Positions 35,086-47,978 of a stretch of 58,900 nucleotides of DNA are shown here, piece after piece. The notes under the pieces are model-generated. The model worked only from the letters and a program-made list of their open reading frames with translations. It was not told the origin of the DNA and searched no databases. Each line of letters starts with the position of its first letter. Positions within the stretch are counted from its first letter, which is position 1. The position numbers and the translations under genes are program-made. Origin of the DNA: Nemertoderma westbladi (taxonomy: Eukaryota > Animalia > Xenacoelomorpha). The DNA lies in contig JAUCBJ010008789.1 of NCBI GenBank assembly GCA_032718475.1, forward strand, positions 1 to 58,900. Reading direction: 5' to 3'.

Positions 35086-37840
35086 TATAGAATTATATTC
35101 CCTAAATGCCGTGGATTTTCAAAATTTGTGGCTGGCCACGAGAAAAGGGACCTTATGTCACCGGAGGTCGATTTTGAGTTATTAGGCCTATGAGATGCAG
35201 AATTTTCCAGAGATTTTAACAAAAAAAACAGTGTCTCAGTATCTATTTCCAAAAAAAAGTTATAGCGATTTATGTCAAGGTGAATCGGGTAGCAAAAAAA
35301 ATATTATTAATAGCGGTTATAATAAGCGATTATTTAAAAAAATGGAAAATATTAATAATATCATAGCAATTCTTACTATATAGTTAGGCAGCTCAATGTT
35401 ATTCGGCTTTTTATACAACTTTTAACAATTTGAAACTAATATTGTTCATGAACTATTTTAACACAAATTTTGCAAAATTTTCAAAAAAACATGAAACCAA
35501 AAAATTTTTTTTTTAATTTAAAATTTTTTCAAAAAGATAAATTTTTTTAACGAAATTTAAAATTATTTGTATTTTGAATTCTTTATTGGGATTACAAAAT
35601 TTAAGAACTAACGAAGATTAATTAAGAAAATGACAGCCATATTGCATTTAAAAAATAACTGTAGGCCTACAGTACCTACATAATACAGTAGTACAATTAC
35701 AGTACAATTTATTACAGTCCTAAATTAAGACATGAAAACCCTAAGACAGTGTTATATACAACACTGCAACATCATATATTGCTTCCTGTAATTAGTTATT
35801 TCCTAGGTATATTGAATATCAGAACCAATTTGAATTTCCCTCATCGTTTTATACATTTCTAAATTGATAATCCAATTAAATTTGTTCAAAAATAGAGGGA
35901 AACTTTAAACGCGATTATCTCAGAATCAGGTTTTGCGACATAAGGTCCCTTTTCTCGTGGCCAGCCACATTTGTATTTATTCGAATTAACTTTGTTAAAA
36001 GATTACTTTGAGTCCTCATTTGCATTTGTTATATCTATTGTACGATGTTTAGTCAAGTGGTTCAGTAGCTCAGTCGGTAGAGCGTTGGAAATTATATGTG
36101 TAGTAGGTATTGAGTTCGAATCCTAGTAAGTGCGAATTATTTTTTGTGCAGAATTTCAACTCATTTAAATTGACCGCTACAAATTAAATTGCATTTGTCT
36201 GTACCTAGATTAACCAATGAGACTGTAGTTATTAGATTGTAACCAATGTCGTACAAGTTATATATTAGCTGGACCAATAGCTATCTTTAAAAACCTGTTA
36301 GAACCTATAGAACAATCGAGAATTTTCTCGATTGATTGCGGCACTAATTTGGTATAAAAGGTGCGATTTCGTTCATTAGTTATATATCTTATATCAATCT
36401 CTCTTCTGTATTACTCAATATTTCAATCTTGTTTATTCTGTCATTAGTTTTCAGATTACATTTTGTATTATTATCTGCAATAAATTCAGAAATACCTCTA
36501 CCTGCTTTTCTTTTCACCATGATTCACTACGGTGAACACACTTAGGAACAGGATGGCCGGCTAGAGATCGGGCCGCAGCAATGAACGGGAACATCAAGGG
36601 AATGTAGACAGGAGACAACCCGCAATACCATCTCAGTTATTCGCCCATCGCCTGAAAGGTTAGACAGCGTTCGATGCCTTGCTACCTAAGCGTAAGACCA
36701 AAGATCAAAGGTAGAAGTAGTGACACGCTGTACGCCAAAAATTACATTTAGGGACTGTACTGTCTTAATTCAGGAAAACCCACAGTAGACCTTCATATTC
36801 CTACGGGGGGGGGGGGGGGGGGAGAAAGAGCAGGCAGATACTAGTACGCAGATAGGACGTAGGCACACCGGTACGAAGCATACACATTGGTAGGGTGCAG
36901 CAAACTGTACGCCTAACTCTTGCTAAGTACAGGTGCGTTTGCGACTATTTGTAGTACAACGGTGTTCATTGCATTAGAACTTGTAGGCTAGGAGGGTTGC
37001 TGTGTTTCACCTGAATTGGGATTGTACCGTTCAGGCGGTAGGGCAGTTTACGACTAGGCGCAAATAAATTGAGGCTATTAGGGATATACTAACATCTACC
37101 GTGTCCCCGCCAACATCCTTAGCCGGCCAGGTTACCCAGCCTACCTAGGTGACTAAAATTCTAGATAAGAGCCAGGATAGCTATTTGTAACCGTACGCCT
37201 ACAGTAGTAAACTAACACATTTCTTCTTAGTATTAGGGGCCTGGTAAATTAAAAATTGCCGAATTCTGGGCGTAGCATTAACCTTATGCCTGAATTTGAG
37301 TCCTGGAAATACGCAAGAGGGGAAGGAACCTTATCATTCGTGAGTATTGGACCTACAAGTTACAAAATTAGAATATTTGTAAAATGCACACCGTACCCAG
37401 TAATTATATATATGAAGGAGCAAAACTGCTTTGACTGTTCAGAATTAAAACACGCGCGTTAGAAATTATTTACACCTCAAAATATATAAAATTAACTTTT
37501 GTCCGTACTGTGCTTTGCCCGCTAGTTAGACATCTCCAAATCTCTGCCCCTAGCTAGCGTCTCTTTCGCCCAACCATATAAATCACACCGCGGCAAAGTA
37601 TACGAGCCTCTTAGTCCATCAGTGAGTCAGCCTGATTTTAGGATTCGCTGCGCGGGATTTTGTTTTATCGAAGTTTGTCTGCTCGTAGACTGTTTTCTGC
37701 CTCACCGGTTATAAGAGATCGATACTGCAATATATTCGCTTACTTAGAGTTTACTGTTTTGGTGAGAAGGTCGGATTTATGATTTGATTCACAAACTTTA
37801 CAGTAGGATATTGCAGGTATTGTTACTGTCTCTTCTAATA
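35086..37840 (+). repeat. 3' LTR of inner element, interrupted by a MITE
   Basis: Matches 18268-20175. Contains the second copy of the tRNA-like unit (about 36059-36145). Confidence 0.93.
35128..35968 (-). mobile_element. MITE, Sola1-like (copy 2, inverted relative to copy 1)
   Basis: Same 32-bp TIRs; TSD ATTT (35124-35127, 35969-35972). The empty site AAAATTTGTATTT is seen in the 5' LTR at about 18303. Confidence 0.92.
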
Positions 37841-38284
37841 TAAAGTAACCAAGTAACCCCTAAAATTCAGAAATTAAATTATTCCAAAATAATTGACATA
37901 CCGGTATTTACCATAGGCTTATTAAATTTATATTTATAAATTTAGGCTGAAATCATACCGGTATTCTGTAATTAATTCTAGTCCATAATTATACTTATAT
38001 ATACTATAAGTGTAAGTTGCATACCGGTATTCACGATAGGCCTATTATATATTTATATATATTTGTGCTGAAATTATATACCGGTATTCTGTGACAAATC
38101 TAGTCTGTAATAAAACTTATATATATACTATAAGCATACCGGTATTCTAATATATTATATATATATATCAAGTTACATTTAGTGACGATATCGGTAATTA
38201 ATTACTAGGCTATCAGTTGATACTGAATTACTAGATTTGCTTTAACTGTAACATAGCAGTAGGCATTCAACTGTACAAGCAAAC

Positions 38285-41200
38285 ATGTCTGACACCAAGC
38301 AAAACCTGTCAGACAGTCTCTTAGATACAACCATCTGTTGTGTGGAGTGTGGAACGTGTGAGACCGAAGTTCAACTCACCTCCTACTGTAAGAAAGATCA
38401 TTCCCCCAGTAGTAATATCAGAACCTAGGCTGGTCCAACACCGTAGGTCTGTCATAGGCACTAGAGCTCAGGTCAAGCGGGACCAAGAAGCAGCAGAACA
38501 GCAACCACCCGCGAGCCGAGAACTTATTTCTCAGCGGCCCGACAGTTCCAGTAGTGCGGATACTGTAGAGCTGACACCCAAGCACGAAGCAAAGATGACA
38601 GATGCGGTTTATTCGGACCCCCTTCTCATCCTTCCTGCAGCCGTACTCACTAGGTTATTGATTGCGGTGGAGGAACACCAGATTGATTGGGCGAGAAGTA
38701 AGCGATCGACTAAGGATAGTTATGCGGGATATGCAAGGGAAGAACCGAAGTCTATTGTTGAGTCGCAATGGAACTTCCCCGGACCCGAACTCCCGTCTGA
38801 TTTATCGGAAGCTGCCTGGGAAGACATACACAGGATGGGAGTAACCAAGGAAACCATCGATCCAGCTGTGTGGAAGAGGTCCGCAGCCGGATACGTACAG
38901 GGATTCTTCAGCTCCATGGAGCGATTAGAAGAACAATTGTTTGGACAACCACAAGGACCTCAAGAGCAGGGAGATCTGCTTTATCAAGTTCGAGAAAGAA
39001 TTCTAAGAATCAGACTAATCCTATCGGCCTTTGAGGAGGCTTCGAAAAGAAGACAAGACACGTCGTTGCAAGTTGCCGTAAAGACTTGGTTACAGCGGGT
39101 GAGTCTCCAAGTTCAAAGAACTGCCCCGTGGAAATCTCAGTTATCTGAGCGCTCAACCCATGAAGAATCCACAGACGCTACATTTTCCCAAGTGGAAAGG
39201 GAAGCGACGGTAGAGAAACCGCATAAGAGGGATGCTATTGATATCTATCTGTCGGACTATCAACGTTTTATAGGAGATGAAGAGTTGAGGAGAAGGTTAG
39301 ATGGACTTAGCCCTAACAGTGAAGGAACCAAGCTTGTGTTGGACGCAATCGATGTGGATATGAGAGCTGCGAACCAAGCTAAATTTGATGAACGCCTCCG
39401 CATCACTAGAGTCCAAGAAGAACAAGTAAAGAAAAAACGTATAGAAGACAGAAAGATAGCAGCAGCGGCAGCAGCAGAGGCAGAGGCAGAAAGAAAAGCG
39501 GCAGAAGTGGAAAGAAAAGCGGCAGAAGTGGAAAGAAAAGCAGTAGAAGCAGAAAGAAAGGGAGCAGTGGCAAAAGCAGAACGAAGAGCAGCTGAAGAGA
39601 CCACCCAACTGGAATTGGAGGATATTCAGGAGAGTCGGGACTGCATAAATCAACAGTTAACAGCTAGTCAAATGCAGATGATGAGTCGATCTACTCCCAA
39701 AAGACAGGGATATACATCATCTGAGGAAGGCGATACCACCGATACTGAAGGTGGAGGAAATAGATCTCGTCTCAGCAGACGTAGAAGAATGTCCCACCGT
39801 CAGAAATTGCCTGATTTGCCTCCAGCTGTTCGAAAACAACTAGTTAGCACAGACTTAGGTAGTACAGAACCCACAGACCAAATTATTAAAATAGACAGAC
39901 TCCCTACTATAGTAGATGAGCCTGAAATAATTAGGCCTGTTCTCGAATCCACCCCTTCGGTGATAGAGACACCTGTACTCCCAGAACCTACCTCTAGATT
40001 CCCTTTGCATAGCACTAAGCTACCTGTGCCCAGCAGAACAGCCCAGGAGACAGTTCATGTTCTGGACTCCGAGCGAAATATTAATGATTTGTCGCCCGTT
40101 GTCCCTCGTCCGCCCGCTACAACGTTGGCGGCTCCCGCTTCGGCGGTCGAGTGGGTGGATGAGAGACGGCGGGGGATGGATCTCCTGCTCGGGCAGATGC
40201 AGGAGACAGTTAAGCAGTTCAAGGGCACAGTAAGGGAAAGTAGGTTAGAGTTGCAAGAAGTGCAGCAAAGTATCGCATTAGAACGCGATAAATTAGTAAA
40301 TACACAAAAGGGTATACCACCACCCCCGGTAACAATGTGTCAACCTGTTAGGTCTGAAATATCTCATGCGCAAGGTGTTGAGCCTACACGCATCTATACT
40401 GCTAGCGAAGTAGAAACTCCTATAGTGAACCCTATTAAGGGCAATTATTAACCTGTTGACAATGATATTCCCTATAGACTTGATCATAATCCGAGAAATT
40501 TATATACCGATAACTCGATATTAAATAACACGATGGCCCAAGAAAGTTTTACGCGTCAAATGGCTAGAACCGAAGCCCGTCAAGCGGTAAAGGTGAGAGA
40601 GATAGTCAAGTTCAATGGAGATGAGATGAAATGGTTACCTTTTAATGAATATTACAAAGATAACATACAGAACTCCGTGCTATCTAATGGAGAGAAACTT
40701 AGATTCCTCATCGAGTGCTTGGAAGGATCTCCCAAGTTAATGGCGTTAAAATTTATTGGACATCCAGACGGATTAAGACAAGTTTGGGATACACTAAACA
40801 TCAGGTATGGTAATAGGAATAACATAGCTAAATATTTGTATGCAAAATTAGTAGCGCCCCGAAAGTTCATTAGCAGCGGGATAATAGAGTTTTCCGATGA
40901 GATTCAAGAGATCTGTAGACAATTAGATTGGTTAGGTAAGTCTCATGAATATCAGAGTTCTATGGTTATTGGAGCCGGGGCTTCTACTTTACCGAAGGGT
41001 GGAGTAGGTACACGCTGGGATAAGAAAGTGTTATATATGATGGAACAGCAACGACGAGACCCTACCATGGCTGATCTCATGTCATTCTTAGATGGATAAG
41101 TGAAATTACAGCTCCTAAAGCAGTCCAGAGAGAAGACACCGGAAAACAAGGTAAGTGAGAAACCCGTTTCTAGGAGAAAGGTAACACCAGTGTGTTATAC

Positions 41201-44200
41201 AGACGACGGCGAAAGCCAGACTTCTCAAGGAGAGGATAGCGGGAAAGACACTGAAAGATCTTATTATGTCAATAAAACGCCTAAAGAACAGGTAAGTAAA
41301 TTCAAGTCTCGAACCAATGACAGGAGAGAACAGGTAAGAAAAACTCCTCCTACGTCCCCCAAGAGAATTCAGGTGAGAAAGCCCGAAGAAAGAACGAGTG
41401 TGCACAATGTTATTCAAAATAAGGTAAGTAACATCAAACCGAAATGTGCGCTATGTGACGGGACCCACCGTTTGAATATGTGTGATGAATTCCTGAAGAA
41501 ATCATTAACGGAGAGACGGGAAGTCATGTGGGATAAGCGGTTGTGTTATAATTGCCTCAGACAAGGACACCAACGGCGGACCTGTTACTCCGACACAAGG
41601 TGTGCAAAGTGCAGTGCGAAACATCATATCATGTTGCACACTGAATTCGAACGAAACAGCCCGAGTCAGGTAAGTTATTCCGAACTACATGTCCAATTCA
41701 GTGATGTGAACGACACTGACCAAAGTTCTGAGATGGAAGGATTCTATACGGATGAATTCTCAGACGAAGATGAATCCTGTTACATGATAAATACCGCAGT
41801 GTATCGAGCACTTACGTATGAAAAAGACACAGACAGCGACCTCACCCTAACTACTTCTGATCGACAACCATTTTGGAAAGCGCCAACTTCCCATGTAGGA
41901 ATCCGAGAATTTCCTGTAGTACAGTTAAGGCTTCACGGACCTAAAAGGAGTTATATAGTGAACGCCCTTCTCGACTCCGGTAGTACAGGAACATTCATCG
42001 ACAAAGAACTAGCTGAAGACATCTTTGCTGGACAACCCAAGTTCCGAACTAAGCTAAACATGTCAGGAATTATGCAGGTTTGGAAATCTACAGTAATAGC
42101 GGATTATTATGTAGGTGCATTGTCCACCCCCCAAGATGAACTAGGAGAACATAGTATAAGGTCAGTAAAAATGGTTGCGATAAAGAACTTCGCTACCAGC
42201 CAAGTGGAACCTTATAACTGGGATGAGGACGATTTCACCCAGCAGCTCGAAATACCTAGTTTCAACACCGATTATCCTGGAGTGCAAATACTCATCGGTC
42301 AAAACGCGCATGAAGCGCTCGAGACATTGGAGAAACGGCCTGCTCAACCGCAACCACTACAAGCTTATGCGGGAAGAACTAGAGTGGGTTGGTACTTTAC
42401 TGGCCCTTCCCGTAGAACTCTCATAGAAAGATTACCGAAAGATCAGGTATATCAGGTAAGAGAATGGGAAGTTGAGAGCAGTGAGTTAGACGATCCAACT
42501 GAGGGAACACCATACTCCTCAGATAATGACGATGTCCACCAACTCTTCGATGAGGAGAATACCATTGATCTCCTTAAGGAAAACGAGACTTGGCAAAACC
42601 AAGTGAACTTATGTCAGCTACTCCGTCCATCAGACCGAGACGACTATAACGACGAACTGAATGACGTCATTGAACGTTGTAATGCCAAGACTCGGGATGA
42701 ACACGCCATACGATTCTTTACTCAAGAGGCTGTAGAGCCCAATTCCTACGATAAGGCCCTATCGGTAGAAGAAGAAAGAGCCAAGCAGATCCAAGAGACA
42801 ACTACACGTTTTCTTAAAGATCAAGGTAGATATGAAATCGGTCTACCTTTCCGAAAGCGAGAACCAAAGTTCATAAACAACATACCCTTGGCGGAGAAAA
42901 TAATTGCTCAACTACATCGACGCCTTACGGCAAATTCTTCAGCTAAAGAAATGTATCAAACGCAGTTGAGGAAATTTATTAGCAAGGGATATGCGGAGCG
43001 AGTGCCGGAAGAAACACCTATAACTGAGAGAACGTATTATTTAACTCACCATTACGTTCCCAAACCCGGTAAACCCCATGAGGTACGAGTGGTGTTTGAC
43101 GGCTCCGCCCTCTATATGGGCCAATCCCTTAATTCCGAATTGTTACCCGGACCCAACTTACTCCAATCCTTGTTGGGAATACTTTTAAGATTAAGACAAT
43201 ATTCAATCGCTTTCGCCTCAGATTTAGAAGGCATGTTCTTACAAGTCAAGGCGCTAGATAGGGATCGAGATAGCCTACGATTTCTGTGCTGGCCTGAAGG
43301 AGACCTTAACCAGAAACCGTTGGAGTACTGGATGACCATCCAGGCTTTTGGGATAATCTCAAGCCCTTCAAACGCCTGTTCAGTGGTACGCACCACTGCG
43401 GATGACAACCGAGAAGCCTTCTCTAAAGAGGTGATTGACAACATCAAACGAGATATATACATGAACGATAATCTAAAGTCCCTTCCATCAGTCGAAGAAG
43501 CCATTGATGTCGCTAAAGGAACGGTAGAGTGCTTAAAAAGAGGTGGATTTCGATTAACTAAATTCACCAGCAACTCCCGTGAGTTTCTGGAGTCGATCCC
43601 AGTAGAAGATCGAGGAGCGAAAGACCTGGATCTAATCAAAGATGATCTTCCAGAAACCAAGACACTTGGTTTGAAATGGGACACAGAGAGAGATATCCTG
43701 TTTTTCCAGCTAAAACAGCGAGATAATCCAGTTCGGACTAAACGGATTTGTTTAAGTATCCTGAGCACTTATTTCGATCCATTGGGATTTATTAGCCCAG
43801 TTATATTGATTGCTCGGAGTTTAGTACAACAAATGTGGCTTGAAAACCACTCATGGGACGATCCACTTAAGGGAGAATTATTAAAGAAGTGGATGAAATG
43901 GGAAGATTCTCTACCAGCCATCGAGAACTTTATAATTTCCCGTTCATATTTTGGTCATGTTCTCCCTACGTATTCCTATCAACTCCATGTGTTTGGAGAC
44001 GCCAGCGATATGGGAATAGGTATAGTAGCCTACCTAAGAGTGGAAACTCCGGATGGAATCAAGGTCGCCTTGGTTACCTCTAAGGCATTGATAAACAACA
44101 AGTTGAAAGTTCCTCGAGCGGAGTTAAAAGCGGCTCTATATGCTACAGCCATCGGCCGGAATGTAACAGAACAGATCGATTATCCGTTGGAGAAAACTGT

Positions 44201-46338
44201 CTATTGGACCGACGCTTTACTCGTGTTGGAGTATATAACCAATGAAGTCTGTCAGTTCAGCGTCTTCGTTACCAACAGAGTAGCTATTATACTCAGTCGC
44301 ACAACGATGGATCAATGGAGACATTGCCCCGGAACGATCAATCCAGCAGACATCGCCTCCAGAGGAGCTACTCCACAAGAACTGGTAGATACTCCAGACT
44401 GGTTAGGTGGACCCGACTTCCTCTACAAAGAAGAAGAAGAATGGCCTCCTCATCTTACTACGGCAGAGATCAGACAGGCCAAGGGAGCGGAGAAAGTCAA
44501 ACCTAAAACTCAGGCGAGTAAATCGAAGTTATTTAAACCTATGGTAGATCTGTCTGTACTGCAGACTTCCGGAGATGACGCTTTGGATCAGAAACCCACA
44601 GCCACAAATAAGTTTGTTGTGGAAATCCGTGAGAAGGATTGGAAATCTGGAATACCAGACGTCTCGCAAGGACTCTCACCTCTCCTGCAGAGAGCGATAC
44701 ATCACTACAGTTCCTGGAATCGGCTCTGTAAGGACATATTTAAAAAGATGTTTTCACCATCACTACTCCGGGATGAAGACCAATAGTGATACCGCTCCGC
44801 TGACATCGGTGCAGGTCCATGTTGTTAAAGATCTTCCCAAATATAAGATATCCGACAGGTTTCTGAAGGAGAAGATCAGTTATCAGGAGCATGAAGAAAC
44901 CAACAAGCAGATGCTGAGACTCCTGCAATGCTATGATGATTCCGATAAGTATTTCCTGTTGTTGAGAAATCCACAAATGCGCTTAAAGGATCGTTTCTCT
45001 AGCACAATGATAGATGGGTTGATACGTGTTGGAGGAAGATTAACAAATGCTCCATTATCCTTTGACACTAAGTTTCCCATACTCATTAGAAATCTTGAGA
45101 TACAAGTCAAGATGATTGTAGATGTTCACAGCAAACTTTATCATGCTGGTAGAGAACGAGTTCTTAGCGAAATTCGAACTCGCTATTATTTTTATAAACC
45201 CCGTAGAGCTCTGAACCAAGTTCTTAGGAACTGCATACCCTGTAGGAAAGCATTCAGTAGGCCTTTAACACAGCGAGAGGCAGAATTACCTAGGGAACGA
45301 GTAAGCTTCTATGAACCACCCTTTACTAATACCGGTGTGGATTTATTTGGCCCTATTGAAGTATATCGTGCTAGGACTATAGTCAAGAGATGGTGTGTCA
45401 TCTTTGTTTGTATGACTTGTAGAGCTATCCATCTCGATATGGTGAACGATTTATCTACCAACAGCTTCCTATTAAGCTTACGACGACAGATCGCTCGCTT
45501 TGGAACTAGTAACACGATGAGATCTGATAAGGGAACAAACTTCATTGGTGCCAACAATGAAATCAAAGCTTACGTCAAAGATTGGAACCAAAGACAGGTG
45601 GACGATCAGCTACGAATAACAGCGTCTAGCTGGACCTTCAACGCCGCCGACGCCCCTTGGTGGGGAGGAAGTTGGGAGAGATTAATAAGAAGTGTGAAGA
45701 CCGCATTTCACTTTATAGTGCCGTGCCGCGCGTATCTCACCGACGAACTTTTGCGGACGTTAATGGAGGAAATCGCCGCCTATCTTAACGAGAGACCGCT
45801 TATGCCAGTCTCATCGAGTCCCGATTCCCTGGAAGCGCTAACACCCGCGCACTTCCTACTGAAGAAACCTGTAGCCATGCTCCCACAATCGGAAATCACA
45901 GACGGAGACGAATACTGCCGGCAAACTTGGCAACTTATGCAGTTGTTATCCCGTCGTTTCGCTGACCATTTCGAAAAGCACTATCTGCCCATGCTACAAC
46001 TTCGAACGAAGTGGTTTGCGCAGCAAGAAAACGTCAGCGCTGGAGACATGGTCCTTATTGTGGATTCAGATCTTCCACGTAAGCGGTGGCAGACAGGTCG
46101 TATCATCGAGACTCACATCTCGGATGACGGTTTGGTGCGATCGGTAGAACTCGTCGTCATGCGACGTAACTTCAAGAAACCGGGAATTGTCTTCGAGACA
46201 CAGCAGCTCAATCGCCCAGTTGGTCGTTTATGTTTACTGGAAAGAGACAGAGAACTCTCCGGAAACTATGGAAGGCAAGATACTCTTCCCACGACCACCT
46301 CCCTAATCCAACAAACATCTAGGGACTCCCCAGCTTAG
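38285..46338 (+). pseudogene. outer BEL/Pao gag-pol, disrupted
   Basis: Likely start ATG at 38285 (MSDTKQ, compare inner MSDKQ) followed by a frameshift. In-frame stops at 40449 and 41097, frameshift near 44730-44786. Motifs KFNGDEMKW, triple CCHC, LLDSGS, RT YMND (DD mutated), FGDAS, VPRAEL, NPADIASRG, DLFGP, SDKGTNF, WWGGSWERL. Confidence 0.92.
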
Positions 46339-46890
46339 CAGCGGCTGGAGTGGGTGTGTGACCATATTTATATTTGTATTCTTATCATTTTATATTTATG
46401 TATATATTATTATGTAATTTTATTATAATCGTTTTCTTTAATTTTATTTAGCAGAATGTTATTTTAGCGATTATTTAGTAGATTAGTGCAATATATATTC
46501 GCGTTTATTACTTAATTACTTATATATTATATATTTAGTGCGACGGCGAGAAATAATTCTTTTTCTCCTTCCTTACTGTCCGTATTACATTACAAATACG
46601 TAACTACAGTAAGATGAAATGTCCGTACTTATTAAAGTACAATAAAGCTCCTACTATATTCAAGTATTATTGGTAAAGTAGAGTATTAGGAATGCAAAAT
46701 TCAGATCCTCGTGTCTCGGCTAAACCAAGCTCTGGGTAGACCTTGGAAACGACTTGCCTCTTCTCACTGACATTGCTTCGTGCGATATTGCTCTCATACC
46801 GTATATTAAATAATACATATAGTAGCGTGATGTCCCTTTAACAGTAGCGTATAACGCAAAATAAATCTGTTTAACTCCTTTGACCATCTG

Positions 46891-47157
46891 CAATTCTAGT
46901 CGATTAAGATATCGCGGCACCCACCGATATACTTGAAAGACAAAATTCTAGAATCAGTGGTTAACGTCCCCAGACAAGTTCTGGAATAAACTGGTGCCCA
47001 TCCTAAATATTAATTATTAATATTTACAAAATCTGTCAAATTTTAGATCCTTTTAAATTCTAGTCTATTAAGATATCGTAGCACTTACCGATATTCTTAA
47101 AAAGACCAATTTCCTAGAATCAAGGATCCCAGTCCCCAGACATGTTCTGGAATAAAA
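46891..47157 (+). repeat. duplicated ~100-bp hairpin unit in outer pol-ORF3 spacer
   Basis: ATTCTAGTC..AAGATATCG...CGATAT.CTT..GAC...CTAGAAT plus CCAGA..TCTGG, present at about 46891 and 47056. Confidence 0.75.
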
Positions 47158-47717
47158 TTGTGTCTATTCAACATTAAATAATAAAATTTACGGGAATAAA
47201 TTTAAATTCATATTTTTAATGAATTTAATAAATTGTCATTTTTATACAATTTATAACATTCCCAAAATTCCTTTAATTAATAGATCATGGGAGCGGAGAT
47301 TCACTCTATTAAGTGTATTAGTGTGCGAGAATCTCCAATATATAGTCAATAGCCGATAAAATTCATAAAATCATGTATAGAGAGGATATTGACCATTAAA
47401 GAATTACTATTATATAGCATCCCAGATCTGTATGCATGAGAATTACCCTAATTCTACCGCTAGCTTTCCATAATGTCACCATGGCAACAACCACGCTAGA
47501 ATTAGAAGTGAGTTAAAAGAACAATAGAAAGCTTGCCCCATTGAATAGCATAGGGAATAAATAGCGCACTGCTAGTATCCAAGGATACATAATAAATAAA
47601 GTGACATTCTGGAAGGCACTGACTAACGGACAAATGGCCCGAATGTGTACAGTTTGTGACAGTTGTGTTGAATTTGTGCGTTTATAGGTGAATGTTACTG
47701 CTAAAGTGTGTTTACAG

Positions 47718-47930
47718 TAGCGAGTCGCAATTGTGAAAGTAGCCCTAACTCTCCAGAAAGAACCTGAAGTACATCTAAGCCTTTGGGACAGGCAGTGGAG
47801 TGACTTGTGCCGGTTATCGTTGTCGTTGTGTAGCTACATCGTTGGCGAAAGCACAGCGACGACGGTACATCGGCGCTGAGGATCTTGCACTGTCCGGGGG
47901 CAAAAGAGGGGTAGGCAGCGACGCCCGCTA
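47718..47930 (+). ncRNA. structured RNA element upstream of outer ORF3 (IRES-like candidate)
   Basis: Four nested stems. The central stem 47807-47830/47852-47876 has mismatches that are all G-U wobbles, plus one bulge. Confidence 0.55.
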
Positions 47931-47978
47931 GCCTAATATATAAACTCATTATAATATTGATAAACTCATATAGCAGAT

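Larger units (their letters stand above)
18268..37840 (+). mobile_element. inner BEL/Pao LTR retrotransposon with ORF3, nested in outer 5' leader
   Basis: LTRs at 18268-20175 and 35086-37840, 5-bp TSD TAAAG (18263-18267, 37841-37845), complete BEL gag-pol. Confidence 0.95.

Noticed and set aside
43112-43768. 218-aa antisense ORF and other antisense ORFs over gag-pol
   Set aside because: Shadow ORFs of the coding strand with no recognisable motifs and no counterpart in the other element.
47840-47890. Hammerhead ribozyme (GAAA and CTGAGGA present)
   Set aside because: The stems flanking CUGANGA and GAAA cannot form stem II in any permutation I tried.
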